A DNA stretch of 42,728 bases from Chiloscyllium plagiosum (lineage: Eukaryota), in NCBI RefSeq assembly GCF_004010195.1, contig NC_057720.1:2007295-2050022 (forward strand), read 5' to 3'. Made by a program: the position numbers and the translations under genes. Below the pieces are notes generated by a model. The model searched no databases and was not told the origin of the DNA. It saw only the letters and a program-made list of their open reading frames with translations. This document shows, piece after piece, positions 1-11,744 of the stretch. Position 1 is the stretch's first letter, and every line of letters starts with the position of its first letter.

Positions 1-150
1 TTCAGGCTCTCTGCCTTTATTCCTGATGAAGGGCTTTTGCCCGAAACGTCGATTTTGCCTGTCCTCGGATGCTGCCTGAATTACTGTGCTCTTCCAGCAC
101 CACTGATCCAGAATCTGGTTTCCAGCATCTGTAGTTATTGTTTTTACCTC
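1..150 (+). mobile_element. Penelope-like element terminal repeat (pLTR), family A, cut by window edge
   Basis: CCTGATGAAGGGCTTTTGCCCGAAACGTCGA...GGATGCTGCCTGAA...CCAGCATCTG; the same repeat is linked to GIY-YIG and PLE ORF remnants at 29.5-30.6 kb and 42 kb. Confidence 0.8.
20..53 (+). ncRNA. Minimal type I hammerhead ribozyme motif (PLE family A)
   Basis: CTGATGA(23-29)-A-GGGC-TTTT-GCCC-GAAA(43-46)-C-GTC(48-50); ACGT palindromic stem III; stem I weak. Confidence 0.7.
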
Positions 151-239
151 TGTGATATCTACGACCCATCAAAGAATGGTGGAATAATGGTACAACTCCA
201 GATAGGTCACGTGCAATTTCACACTATTTCAACAACAAC

Positions 240-480
240 TTTCATTTTTAAAGCACCTTCCACATCATGGACATTCATCCTAAAGTGCTTCACATGACCC
301 CTATTCGACAAAAAAAGCTGACACTGATCCAAGGAAGGGGTTTTTAGAATAGGTGTTTGAACACAGCCACAACGGTAGATTTTAAGGGGCATGTTGAAGG
401 AGAAAGGAGAAAGTCAGTGAGAGGTTATGGGAAGAAATTCCAGAGTTTGGGAGCCAAGCTGCTGAGGATTCAGCTGTCAG
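240..480 (-). mobile_element. L2-like LINE 3' fragment (old)
   Basis: GAAATTCCAGAGTTTGGGAGCCAAGCTGCTGAGG matches copies at 19975, 22095 and, reversed, 1085-1125. Confidence 0.55.
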
Positions 481-1029
481 TACTGATTCTGATGCTTCAC
501 AGTGTTAATGTACAAGCAGCTATCATTCATCAACATGGTCACAGGAACATTCACAGAAGCCAGTAACTGATGAGAAGTATAGGTCACTAGAAAATTACAC
601 AAGGTTACCAGTATAACAAACACTTGTGTCAACATAAACCAATCCTTCATTCATCCATGTTATGTACCACACAGGTTTTGTCTCAGTGCTAATATTGCAC
701 AGCCCTAGTAAGACGCAGACTGACCCTCATTGTGGGAAAGTGATCATTAAATAATCTAATTTTCGTCACTACACAATGGTGTAAAATTGAGCCTATTTGC
801 GTGCTCAGCTTACGAACATCTGAGGAGTTGATTTTAATGTTTTTAAAAAATGCATATTTGGAGTACTTATTTCAATAGGCTGAACGCGTTCAACCCAGAA
901 AATCTTATGATACTCAGCATTGCCTGCAGTACACTGTGCAGCTAAACCAGTCATGTGTTTTCATGTTCAGATTATTCCATGGCTTTATTCTTCCCCACAT
1001 TTATAAGCTGTTCCAACACTGCAACTCTC

Positions 1030-1287
1030 TGCACTGTTCCAGTTCTGGTCTCATCTGTTCCCAATTTCCATCAGTGCTTATGCCTTCAGCTGCCTGACCC
1101 CAAGCTCTGGAGTTCTCTCCCTAATCCTCTTTATCTCTCTTTCTTTAAAGATGCCTCATAAAAACAACCAAACTCCTAATGCCTCCTGTTGTGGCTCATT
1201 AACAATCTTTCTCCAACAACCATTCCAGCCAAGTGCTTTGGGAGGTTTTACTGCAGTAAAGGCATTCACTAAATGCAACTTGTTGTT
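1030..1287 (+). mobile_element. L2-like LINE 3' end
   Basis: GCCTTCAGCTGCCTGACCCCAAGCTCTGGAGTTCTCTCCC ... TAAATGCAACTTGTTGTT tail. Confidence 0.55.
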
Positions 1288-1743
1288 TGAACTGTGTTTT
1301 TTTTTTAAAATTTGATGATTAATCTATTGTGTATCTTGAACACTTCCTGTTCGAAATCTTCAGTAATTGGAACCGGTTTCTTTACATAACCTGACACTGT
1401 GATTTATTTTAATCAAGTCCATCTTGTAAAAAATTCCTCAGATTGTGGGGACTGCAATTGCTGTGAACTGAGGCTGTGACGGAGCAAATACACATTGAGC
1501 TCAAACAGAGAGCACTGAGATAATAAACAGCTAAACTGTTTTTGTGACATTGATTGAGTTGTAAATATTGGCCAAGAACACCCCTCCACTGCTCGTTTGC
1601 TGTTTATTCATTGACGGCTGTTGGAGATCCCTAATTGCCCAGGGGGCAGTTGAGTCATACAGCACAGAAACAGACCCTTCAGGTCAACTTGTCCATGCCA
1701 AACAGGTTTCCTAAACTGAATTAGTCCCACTTGCCTGCATTTG

Positions 1744-1972
1744 ATTAGAAACGGGCCCTTCGGCCCAACAAGTCCACACCGACACTAATGCACCTAATGC
1801 TATGGCCAATTCGCCTAACCTGCATATCTTTGGACTGTGGGAGGAAACTGGAGCACCCAGAGGAAACCCACACAGACACGGGGAGAATGTGCAAACTCCT
1901 GAGGTGGGAATTGAACCCGGGTCCCTGGTGCTGTGAGGTGGTAGTGCTAGCCACTGAGCCACCATGCCGCCC
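1744..1972 (-). mobile_element. HE1-type V-SINE
   Basis: Minus strand: tRNA-like head GGCGGCATGGTGGCTCAGTGG...GGGTTCAATTCCC, V-domain TTTGCACATTCTCCCCGTGTCTG, CR1-derived tail. Confidence 0.85.
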
Positions 1973-2334
1973 CATAATTTGGCCCAAATCCCTCTAACCT
2001 ATTCCCATCTATGTACCTGTCCAAATGTCTTTTAAATGATGTAACTGTATCCACCTCTACCACCTCCTGTGGCAGCTCATTTCATACACACACCACCCTC
2101 TGCGTGAAAATGTTATCCCTTAGGTCCCTTTTACCTTCAACCTATGCACTCTAGTTTTGGACTCCCTTACCCTGGGAAAAGAACTTGGCTATTTACCCTA
2201 TCCATGCCCCTCGTGATTTTTATGAACCTCTATGAGGTCACCCCTCAGCCTCCAACGTTCCAAGGAAAAAGGTTCCAGCCTATTCAACCACATCTTATAA
2301 CTCAAACCCTCCAATCCTGGCAACATCCTGGTAA

Positions 2335-3187
2335 ATGAAGGAGGGGCTAGAAGGTTGGGTGAGCAAGTTTGCGGATGATACGAAAGTTGGTGGAGTTGTT
2401 GACAGTGAGGAAGGATGTGTCAGGTTACAGCGGGATATAGATAAGCTGCAGAACTGGGCAGAAAGGTGGCAAATGGAGTTCAATGTAGCTAAGTGTGAGG
2501 TGATTCACTTTGGTAGGAGTAACAAAAAGACGGGGTACTGGGCTAACGGCCGGATACTTGGTAGTGTGGATGAGCAGAGGGACCTTGTGGGGCTGTTTTC
2601 ATTGGAGAAAAGAAGGTTTAGGGGTGACTTGATATAGGTGTACAAGATGATTAGGGGTTTAGATAGGGTTGACCATGAGAACCTTTTTCCATGTATGGAG
2701 TCAGCTATTACGAGGGGGTATAGCTTTAAATTAAGGGGTGGTAGGTATAGGACAGATGTTAGGGGTAGATTCTTTACTCAGCGAATCGTGAGTTCATGGA
2801 ATGCCCTGCCAGTAGCAGTGGTGGACTCTCCCTCTTTATGGGCATTTAAACGGGCATTGGATAGGCATATGGAGGATAGTGGGCTAGTGTAGGTTATGAT
2901 TCGGAGATGCCGGTGTTGGACTGGGGTGTACAAAGTTAAAAATCACACAACACCAGGTTATAGTCCAACAGGTTTAATTGGAAGCACACTAGCTTTCGGA
3001 GTGACGCTCCCTCATCAATCACCTGCATGAAGGAGCAGTGCTCCGAAAGCTAGTGTGCTTCCAATTAAACCTGTTGGACTATAACCTGGTGTTGTGTGAT
3101 TTTTAACTTCGTGTAGGTTAGGTGGGCTTGGATCGGCGCAACATCGAGGGCCAAAGGGCCTGTACTGCACTGTATTTTTCTATGTTC
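2335..3187 (+). mobile_element. 5'-truncated CR1 LINE (RT C-terminus and 3' UTR) with internal deletion
   Basis: ORFs 2335-2892: SKFADDTKVGG, LQRDIDKLQNWAERWQMEFN, TRGYSFKL, FFTQRIVSSWNALP; tail TTCTATGTTCT; near-identical to 16222-16603. Confidence 0.9.
2897..3110. mobile_element. Palindromic mini Penelope-like insertion (family B) with 10-bp TSD
   Basis: Inverted arms ~2933-3016 and ~3024-3109; GTGTAGGTTA duplicated at 2887-2896 and 3111-3120; degenerate hammerhead motifs on both strands. Confidence 0.8.
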
Positions 3188-3334
3188 TAAATCTTTTTTG
3201 AAGACTTTCCAGTTTAATAACATCTTTCCGATAGCAGGGCAACCAGGATTGTACACCGTACACCTAATGTGCCTTTACCAGTGCCTTGTATAGGTGTAAC
3301 ATGACATCCCAACTCCTGTACACAATCCACATTC

Positions 3335-3570
3335 TTGTAGGTCTAGAGCCACATGTAGACCAGACCAAGTAAGGATGGCAATTCCCTTCCCAAAAGGAAA
3401 TTAGTGAACCAGATGGGATTTCAGTGAGAACTGACACTTATTTTTAAGGCCAGATTTTTAGGGAATTCAAATTTCATTATCAACTCTGGTGGGATTCAAA
3501 CCCGTGTCCCCCAAACATTAGCTTGGGGTTCTGGATTCCTCATTCAGTGTCATTACTACTGCACCACTGC
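3335..3570 (-). mobile_element. tRNA-derived SINE, family 2
   Basis: Shares CCAGACCAAGTAAGGATGGCA...TTAGTGAACCAGATGGG core and B-box-like GGGTTTGAATCCCACC with 19021-19365. Confidence 0.7.
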
Positions 3571-3635
3571 CCAATTTGAAAGCTGCTCTGAAAGTCCATC
3601 TTCACAATAACACTTCTAATTTCACTGAAGACGAT

Positions 3636-3800
3636 TAGAGTCATACAGCACGGAAACAGACCCTTTGGTCCATCTCGTGCGTGCCGACCAGATATCCTAA
3701 ATTGAACTAGTCCCATTTGCCAGCACTTGGCCTATATCCCTCTAAACCCTTCCTATTTATGTACCCATCCAGATGTCTTTTAAATGTTGTAATTGTACCA
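3636..3800 (-). mobile_element. CR1 3' tail fragment
   Basis: AGAGTCATACAGCACGGAAACAGACCCTTTGG...TCCCTCTAAACCCTTCC; same family as 27562 and 41620. Confidence 0.75.
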
Positions 3801-4615
3801 ATTCTTTGATGTAGTTCCATCGTGCCTTTTACATCCACCCAAACAGCAGAATGGGGGGTTGTGGTTTAATATTTCACCCCCAGGGCAGCCCCTCTGATAG
3901 AGCAGCATACCCTCGGTGCTATGCTGGTGTGTCAACCTGTCAGGGGGGTAGTAAGGACGAGGCGAGAGATCACAGACACAGTGCAGCTGCTGGCCCAGGA
4001 CCCCAGCCCCAACCTGAGCATGGTGAGCCTCCTAAGGAACCCTGCTACTGTGTCCTCATCTACCTCCCAGCCCCAGTCCCTGGAACCCAGAGCCGATTAA
4101 CTCTGAGGTAAAGGTATAGCCAACTGAGTCACATCCCAGACCAGCCCTGACTGGTATTCCTTTCCAGAAGGACATTACAGAATTAGATGCAGTTTTTATG
4201 ACAATCTGACAGCTTTACGGTTACTGTTATTGAGAGCAGCTTTTTGCTTCCAAAATTTAAAAAAAAAAACTCCAGTATTTCCTTGTCAGCAAAGTGGAAT
4301 TATGGGCTTAGTATTCACATCCTCTGACCCAGTAGCAGAACCATCACATGACTGCACATTTGTTCCCATCACCAGACGGAGTAAAAACCCCATCTTGCTG
4401 GGAAAGAACAGATAATCGTTACCGCTACTGTAAATTATTGAAATTTAATTTCCATCCTCTGATTGTCACAACAGACAATCATCATGGCCTAAAAATTATA
4501 AATTAAAAAGGACAAATACTGATCCAAAATGGCTGCTGTGATCACCTCACTGCAAACTGAGCAAAGTTCAGGCAAACACATCTGAAATAAACAATATCAG
4601 CTGCATTGTGGGTAC

Positions 4616-4800
4616 TGTAGTGATTGTAACGAGGTCATACGAGTTCCCTGATTGGGTGGTTCATCTGGTCCAATCAGGGAGCCCAGGCTGACAGATAGAA
4701 ATAGGAGTGTCAGAGGTTCTGTTCACTCTGAGAGCTGGCTCTGAGGGAGGTGGATCAGTGTTAAGTGTAAATGAAGGGTGATTTGGTAACAGAATACTGG
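4616..4800 (+). mobile_element. Probable solo LTR fragment (Gypsy-like)
   Basis: Starts TGTAGTGATTGTAACGAGG; CCAAT-containing inverted repeat; resembles recalled shark LTR repeat. Confidence 0.45.
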
Positions 4801-5264
4801 TCACCAGGCTCTAAAGCCTGAAAGTGGCCAACTACTCAGCATCTAGCAAATCCAAAATTGACCGTACAAATGACTGATAGAATCACCAATAGGGAGACGG
4901 AAGGCTGCCTCTAGGGTATTCACTCTGGAAGGACAATGGAGCAGACTCAGGAATACACGAATGAACCAATATCAGCAGCTGCTTTGAGTAAAGCAGAGAC
5001 GGAAAGTATCAGGGACTGCGAACAACAAAGTTACTGTTAACCTCTCCCTGTCTCCTTGACCATCTGAGTCAGTGTCTCATGAAAAAGCAACTTGGCAACT
5101 ATTCATTGAGAACTGAAGATTTAAATGTCATGCTACTCAAAACTGTGCGTTTGATGTTGCATTTTTATTTTTTTCACGGTTAGCAATAGAATTCTGCCTT
5201 CTATCACTCATGAAAACCTTGGAATTTGGCTCCATCATTTTGATTTCATTGCTTACATCATCAC

Positions 5265-5590
5265 ATTTTATTCACTTCAAAGGATGTGGACATCACGGGC
5301 CAAGCCAGTATTTATTGTCCATCCCTAACTGTCCAAAGGGTCTGGAGTCGTATGTAGGCCAGGCCAATTAAGGATGGCAGATTTCCTTCCCTGAATTAGT
5401 GAACCAGATAAATTTTTCCTGACAATCAGTAATGGCTTAGTGGTCATCATGAGGCTCTTAATTCCAGATTATTAACAAATTCAAATTCCACCATCTGCCA
5501 TGGCAGGACGCAAACTCAGGTTCCAGAACATTTCCTGGGTTTCTGGATTAATAGTTTAGTGACAACACCACGAGACCATCGCCTACCCCA
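5265..5590 (-). mobile_element. tRNA-derived SINE, family 2
   Basis: Reverse of the 19021-19365 consensus including tail GCCAGTATTTATTGTCCATCCCTAACTG. Confidence 0.75.
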
Positions 5591-5679
5591 TCTCGGTTTC
5601 TGACAACTGTTTGCTAAAGGAACATTTGTTGTAACCAGCTGAGATAGGGTTAAGAATGGAGCTGACTCCCACTCCTCAC

Positions 5680-5846
5680 CTGGATCAGAACACTCCATAC
5701 CACATTGTGTTGATGCAGCACATATTCATCTTGTAGAGGAAGGAGGAGGAATTGGGCTTCACAGGTTTACTCATCCACTTCACCCACGTGCGGATGACAG
5801 TTCTCTCCAATTGTTTGGACCTCTTTTTCAGGTGGAAACTGCTTTT
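5680..5846 (-). other. Candidate host exon (5' UTR plus possible start MECSDP)
   Basis: Non-repetitive; minus-strand acceptor TATTTTTTAG| and donor CCAG|GTGAGG; ATG at 5698-5696. Confidence 0.25.
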
Positions 5847-6297
5847 CTAAAAAATAATCCTGTGTACTATAATAGAGAACTGGAATGATTTTGAAGATTA
5901 GGCAACTTATCCGCAGTGTTCACCCAATTTTTATCCTTCAGCCAACACAGATATATACTAATCAACCTGTTCAGAAATGTTACTGTATATCTCTGGTGCA
6001 GATGGAGCTTGATCCTTGGCCTTGTAGTTCAGAGATAGGGAAACTACCACTGTCCCAATTAACACTAGCTGCTCTGAACAGTACCCTCTCCACACATGTT
6101 TACATCAGTATTTACAGTCGCACCAGATAGCTAAACAAAGGTAGCAAACTAGTTCTGTGCATTATCCACTTTAGAATGTAGGTCCCATCATTTAACAAAA
6201 ATAATTTGTTACTCTCTACTATTTAATCTTCACCCCTATACAAGGGGAATGGAATGATTCAGAATGGAAACTAAATTACAATCACTACAAGGAAGAG

Positions 6298-6500
6298 TTA
6301 GAACAGAGAACAATACAGCGCAGAACAGGCCCTTCGGCCCTCGATTTTGCGCCGACTGTGAATTATTCTCAGCTCGTTCCCCCTACACTATCCCAAAATG
6401 TGCTTATCTAAGGATTGTTTAAATCTCCCTAATGTAGCTGAGTTGAATACATTAGCAGGTAGGGCATTCCATGCCCTTACCACTCTCTGCATAAAGAAGT
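6298..6500 (-). mobile_element. CR1 3' tail fragment
   Basis: AGAACAATACAGCGCAGAACAGGCCCTTCGGCCCTCGAT...GGGCATTCCATGCCCTTACCACTCTCTG. Confidence 0.75.
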
Positions 6501-6504
6501 TAAT

Positions 6505-6760
6505 GCAGTAGTGATGTTACTGGTCTAATAATTCAGAGATTAGTGTTCTAGGGACCAGACAACTGGTGGAACTTCAAATCAATTCACAAATCTGAGAGTA
6601 AAAAGGCAAAACTGTTGTCCGGTTTAATGTTCTCTCAGAAAAGAAATCTGCCGTCCTTTCCTGGCTGAGCCTACATGTAACTGCCCTCTGAAGTAGCTCA
6701 GTTCAAGGGCAATTAAGGATGAGGTAATAAGCATTGCCAACAATGCCCAAGTCCAAGGAA
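6505..6760 (+). mobile_element. tRNA-derived SINE, family 2 (degraded)
   Basis: CTACATGTAACTGCCCTC...GGGCAATTAAGGATGAGGTAATAAGC tail. Confidence 0.6.
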
Positions 6761-6765
6761 AGAAT

Positions 6766-7070
6766 ACATAGAATCCATAAAGTGTGGAAACAGCCATTCG
6801 GCCCATTGAGTCCACACCAACCTTCCAAAGAGCATCCCACCCAGACGCACCACATACCCTATCCCTGTCACCCTGAATTTTCCAATTGCTAACCCACCTA
6901 GCCTGCTTGTTCCTGGGCACTACGGGCAATCCACCCTAACCTGCACATCTTGGAACAGAGGGAGGAAACCGGAGCACCCGAAGAAAACCCACGCCACACA
7001 GAGAGTTGGCCAAGAGTGGAATCGAACTGCCGTGAGGCAGCAGTGCTAACCACTGAGCTACTGTGCCACC
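6766..7070 (-). mobile_element. HE1-type V-SINE
   Basis: GGAGGAAACCGGAGCACCCG...GTGAGGCAGCAGTGCTAACCACTGAGC. Confidence 0.8.
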
Positions 7071-7609
7071 CTTAACCCATTTCAATAACAATTGTGATGA
7101 AATTTATTGCAAACATCACAGTGTAATATTTCACAAGCACGAAAGCTGCAGTGTACAATCTGCTCAAACTGCTCTCATTTTGAGAAGGGTCTCTTTCTCC
7201 TTCATATTCTTACCCAAACAAACCTGAGTGTTGCCGAACAGTAGAACTGGCACAAACCAGCCCCAGGAGGTAGAGGTTTAAAATGTGTGTTTTTCCCAAG
7301 TTCCTCGATGTAGCCAAGAGTGATATGTTAATGCAGTTTGGTGAATGGGACTGAAAGTTGCTTTATCACAGAGATCAAGATATATTTATAACGCATGACA
7401 ACCATTTGTGAGCAGACCCATCTAAATCAGAGAAAATGAAATGATTCAGAACTATTAGCTAGTTATACTGTCATCCAGTGATCAGTTTCTTCGTCAGTTA
7501 AAACAACACACTTAGACTAAGTGCCCTTGCAGCCAAAAGGTCTGTTTAATTTGTGGAGTCATTCTGCGTGTTTCCAAATAAGCATAGTTAATTTTAAAGG
7601 TTTACTCGA

Positions 7610-8130
7610 CTCATTGCTGGGATGAAGGCCTTTTCTGATCAGGAAAGGTTGGATATATCAGGCCGAAAACCAAACAGAGTTTAGGAGAGTCTAGGACCAG
7701 AGGGGCATAGTCTTGGAATTAAAGGGTGCCAACTTAAGACTGTGATGAGGAGGAATGTCTTCTCTCAGAGGGCTCAGGGTCTTTGGAACTCCTTTCCACA
7801 GAGAGCTGTGGGGGCAGACTCCTTGTGTGTATTTAAGGTTGAGAGAGACGGAGAATCTGGATCAGTCGGGGAATCGAGGGTTCTCTGGAAAGGTTGGGAA
7901 AGTGGCGGTGAGGAATGGGGGAGCAGGCTCAAGCAGGCTCAGTGGTCTACTCCTGTCCCTGTTTCATACGGTCTTATGGTTGTAAGCATGAAATGCAATC
8001 TTATTGAAACATAATAAATCCAAAGGCAACTGGATAGAGTCAATACCAGGAGAAGGTTTCCTCTTGTGTGGAACTAGGGGACATTGTTTAATAAGAGGTT
8101 AGAATCTTCTATCTCAGAGTTTTTGGGGGG
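7610..8130 (+). mobile_element. CR1 3' fragments
   Basis: RRNVFSQRAQGLWNSFPQ (CR1 RT C-terminus) and 3' UTR. Confidence 0.7.
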
Positions 8131-8159
8131 GGGGGGGTTTAGACTTTAATCATTCCCTT

Positions 8160-8775
8160 AGAAAGAGATTCCAGGATTTTGACCCAGTGACACTGAAGGA
8201 ACAATGGTAGATTCTGAAGTCAGGAGGTGTGTAGCTCAGAGGAGAACTTGCAGGTAATGGTCAGAAAAACAGAAATTGCTGGAAAAGCTCAGTAGGTCTG
8301 GCACCATCTGTGGAGAGAAATCAGAGTCAGCATTTCAGGTCAAGTGACCCTTCCCCAGAACATATGCATGGTGGTTGGAGGTTGTAGTGTTCCCATGTAT
8401 CTGCTGCCCTTTCCCTTCGGGATGGAAGTGGATATGGATTTAGAAGGTGCTGTTTCAGGATCTTTTGTGAATTTCTGCAGTGCATCTTGTAGATGGTACC
8501 CACTGCTGCTACTGAGTGTCGGGGTGGAGGGAGTGGATGTGGTGCCAGTCAAGTGGACTGCTTTGTCCTAGATGGTGTCAAACTTCTTGAGTGTTGTTGG
8601 AGTGCACCCATCCAGACAAGTGGGGAGTATTCCATCACACTCCTGACTTGTGCCTTGTAGATGGTGGACAGGCTTTGGGGAGTCAGGAGGTGAGTTACTC
8701 GCTGTGCGATTCCTAGCTCCTGACCTGCTTTTCATGCCATTATGTTTGTGCAGTGAGTCCAGTGAGTTTCTAGTG
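8160..8775 (-). mobile_element. LINE family 2 (CR1/L2-group) RT C-terminal fragment, interrupted by a PLE repeat
   Basis: Minus strand encodes YKAQVRSVMEYSPLVWMGAL..TLKKFDTI; homologous to 11745-12725. Confidence 0.7.
8252..8362 (-). mobile_element. Penelope-like terminal repeat, family E
   Basis: Minus strand CTGGGGA-A-GGGTC-ACTT-GACCT-GAAA...CAGATGGTGCCAGACC; homologous to 22520-22655. Confidence 0.6.
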
Positions 8776-9264
8776 GGGGACTTATCTTCCCCAGAAAGTA
8801 GTGAAGGCTGATCCATTAAGTTTATTGAAGGCTTAGATAGAAAACGTTTGATGGACAGTGGGGGGTAGGGAAGGGTCAAGGATATGGAATAAAGGCAGGA
8901 AAGTGGAGCTAAGACCACAACCAGATTGGCTATGACCTTATTGAACAGCAGAGCAGGCTCGATGGGCTGAAGGATTTACTCCTTCTCCGAAGATCCTTGT
9001 TCTAATGGTGATTCATTCATCCCATGATCATGGCTGTTTGTTGTTAGGGGAATTGATCACGGAAATTCAATTTATTCCAAACACAAATTGTTTTACAAAT
9101 TCTGGAATCCCTTCTACCAGTTATGTCAATTTTCGGCAAGTTGTTTTCCACAAAAAGCCCAATGGCATTGGAAGCTGTATCCTATGATGTGTTTGTACAA
9201 TGTGTGCAATGTGCAGTCCTGCTGGACGTCACAAGAAATTGATCAAACCTTGCATTTCTCTTGC

Positions 9265-9510
9265 AGTTTCACAACTTCAGGAGGTCTCAAAATACTTTAT
9301 AGCCAATGATGTAAGTGTTGTAACTGCTGTTGGAAATGTAGCAACACCAGAAGGTCACACAAACAGCACTGAGATAATGACCAGATTCTCTGTTACTTTT
9401 TTAGGAATGTTAAGTGAACAATAAATGCTAGCTGCAGAAAATGCCTGTGTTTATCTTCAGAATCACACTCCAGGGCCTTTTACATCCACCAGAGAGGACA
9501 CAGGGGCCAT
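9265..9510 (-). mobile_element. SacSINE1/DeuSINE-like fragment
   Basis: CACAAACAGCACTGAGATAATGACCAGA...CTTTTACATCCACC; related pieces at ~1460-1600, 3815-3940, 28130-28300, 29080-29170, 36870-37160. Confidence 0.55.
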
Positions 9511-9794
9511 TAATGACCTGGACTAGACAATTCTAGCCAGTCCTGAGACAAAGTAGAGGGAGACTCCTGGGAAAAGCTGGGATATCCAGCTGTGTTCCCG
9601 AGTGACTTCAGCCTTTCATTGCAATATGGTTTTGAAATGCATTGGTCTCAAGGCTGCAGAGTCACAAGGCAGTGTGGGTGTAAAATCATTCACCAATCCC
9701 TATGTCATTAAAGCAGAAATAAATAACCAGGAAGCAGAGTAGAGGGCACAGCCCTGTCTGTATCAGTGGGGCTGAGGGGGAGATGGCCAAGAGT

Positions 9795-10430
9795 GTCATG
9801 TTCGTGGGAGTGACGATCCCCAACAATCTGTCCTGGTTCACTCATGTTGACATGACTAGTAAGAAAGTACAACAAGCCTCTGCATCCTCAGGAGGCTAAG
9901 GAAATTTGGCATGCCCACAAAGACTCGCACCAATTTTTATAGATACAACATAGAAAGCATCCTATCTGGATGCATCACAGCTTAGCATGGCAACTGCCCC
10001 TCCTAGGACCACAAGAAATTGCAGAGAGTCATGACCATAGCGCAGTCCACCACACAATCCAGTCTCCCATCTATTGACTCCATCAATACATCTCGCTGCC
10101 TCGGGAAAGCAACCAACAAAATTAAAAACTTCTCTCACCCCGGTCATACTCTCTGCCACCCTCTTTCATCAGGCAGAAGATATAAACGTCTGAATACACG
10201 TATGAACAGATTCAAGAACAGCTTCTTCCCCGCTGTTATCAGACTTTTGAACAGGGACATCTCAAATATTAATATTGATCTCTCTCTCTGTCCCTTCTCT
10301 GTGGCTGTAACACTATATTCTGCACTCTGTTCTGCTACCCTGATGCACTTTGTATGGTACAATCTGCCTGTATAGCACACAAAACAACACTTTTCACTGT
10401 ATTTCGGTACACATGATAACAAGCAATCAA
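9795..10430 (+). mobile_element. Rex1/Babar LINE 3' portion
   Basis: LRRLRKFGM, IESILSGCITA, HPGHTLCHPLSSGRRYKRL...RFKNSFFPAVIRLLN, the typical Rex1 RT C-terminus. Confidence 0.85.
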
Positions 10431-11214
10431 AAACGATAAATAGCAGATAGACTCATTCAGAGTAATGTTAGCTAATATTAAACAAAATGAAATTTGCCTG
10501 CTTTGTAAAACGCAAGGAATGTAATTTGACAAGTTTGATGAAATAGAAAGTCTAATCACAAACCATACCTAGCAAGTACAGAGCACAGTACTTGACAATT
10601 GCAATTACTTCCTTTTCGTAAATGTGATCACGGGCAGAACTTGATTATTTTGATGCTGGATAATTGTATTGTAACTGACTGGATCAGAAAATAAAATTCA
10701 CATTTCACCTATTTATTTATAAAAAGATTCCCCATATTGGAAAAGTCTCATATTTTCTGCAGTTGCTGTCTGTTCTGCTCTAGAGCAGGAAGTGGATAGT
10801 CCTTCAAACTGACTTTAAGTATTTCCAGGGAAATTAACAAGGTTGCCAAAGGGAGACCTTTACTGATAAACATACAGTTATAATATCATGTTCTCTGAGC
10901 AGCTGAGATCAACACATCTGCACAAGCTGTGATTTCCCTGTGGGAGGATCCTTGGGACACTGTAACTATCTCCAGTTGAAGGACAAGATTGATAGTTATG
11001 ACTAGTGAAGAGTTTCAGGGGAATTCAGGCTAAAACAGGAGCTTAACTAACTCAAGGGAGAACATTTGGAAAGAATCAGATTTCCAATGATGGCTGGAGT
11101 GAAATAATAATCCTGGAAAATGATTCTAAACTTGTGATTTTCTACCTTTCAGCAAAGTTTGATCAGAACTGGAATCAGAACTGATGGCTAAACACATGAC
11201 ATAGTTTCTGCTCA

Positions 11215-11485
11215 GGAAGATGGTGGTGCAGTTATACTCTTATTCGGTTAATAATCCAGAACAACAGGCTAATGTCCTGGGGGTATGTGTTCAAATCCCA
11301 CCACAACAGATGGTGAAATTTGAATTTAATAAAAAAGGTTTAATGGTAAACAATGTAACCATTGCTGATTGTGGAAAAGACCATCTGGTTCACTAATATC
11401 CTTCAGGGAAGGAATCTGTCATCCTTACCCAGTCTGGCCAATGTGCAATTCCAGACGCACAGCAATCTAGTTCATTCTTCACTGA
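11215..11485 (+). mobile_element. tRNA-derived SINE, family 2
   Basis: GTTCAAATCCCACC B-box; CCATCTGGTTCACTAATATCCTTCAGGGAAGGAA core. Confidence 0.7.
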
Positions 11486-11715
11486 CTGGGTAAGGATGGC
11501 AGATTTCCCTCCTTAAATGGCATTAGTGAAATTAATGAGTTTTTCTAAGAACAAAAATGGTGGTTTAATTGATTAGGTAGTTGCAATTTCCAGAATAATT
11601 AATTGATAATAACTAACATACAGCCCAGATGGTCCCAAAATACCATAGGGTGATTTGAACCCATCACTCCACAACATTTGCCTGACTCTCTAGATTATTT
11701 ACTCTGGATTACTGA
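11486..11715 (-). mobile_element. tRNA-derived SINE, family 2 (degraded, inverted relative to neighbour)
   Basis: GGGTAAGGATGGCAGATTTCCCTCC...CATTAGTGAA...GATTTGAACCC. Confidence 0.55.
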
Positions 11716-11744
11716 ATAGTGTTACGATCATGGATTTCCCCACG

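Larger units (their letters stand above)
1653..3325 (-). mobile_element. CR1 (HER1-like) LINE 3' portion, interrupted by a SINE and a younger CR1
   Basis: Reverse CR1 tail AGTCATACAGCACAGAAACAGACCCTTC; RT C-terminal remnants at 1975-2333 that resume at 3188. Confidence 0.8.

Noticed and set aside
2897..3110. Palindrome as a pre-miRNA or DNA-transposon MITE
   Set aside because: Asymmetric arms, variable-length TSDs and hammerhead/pLTR architecture fit PLE retrotransposition better.
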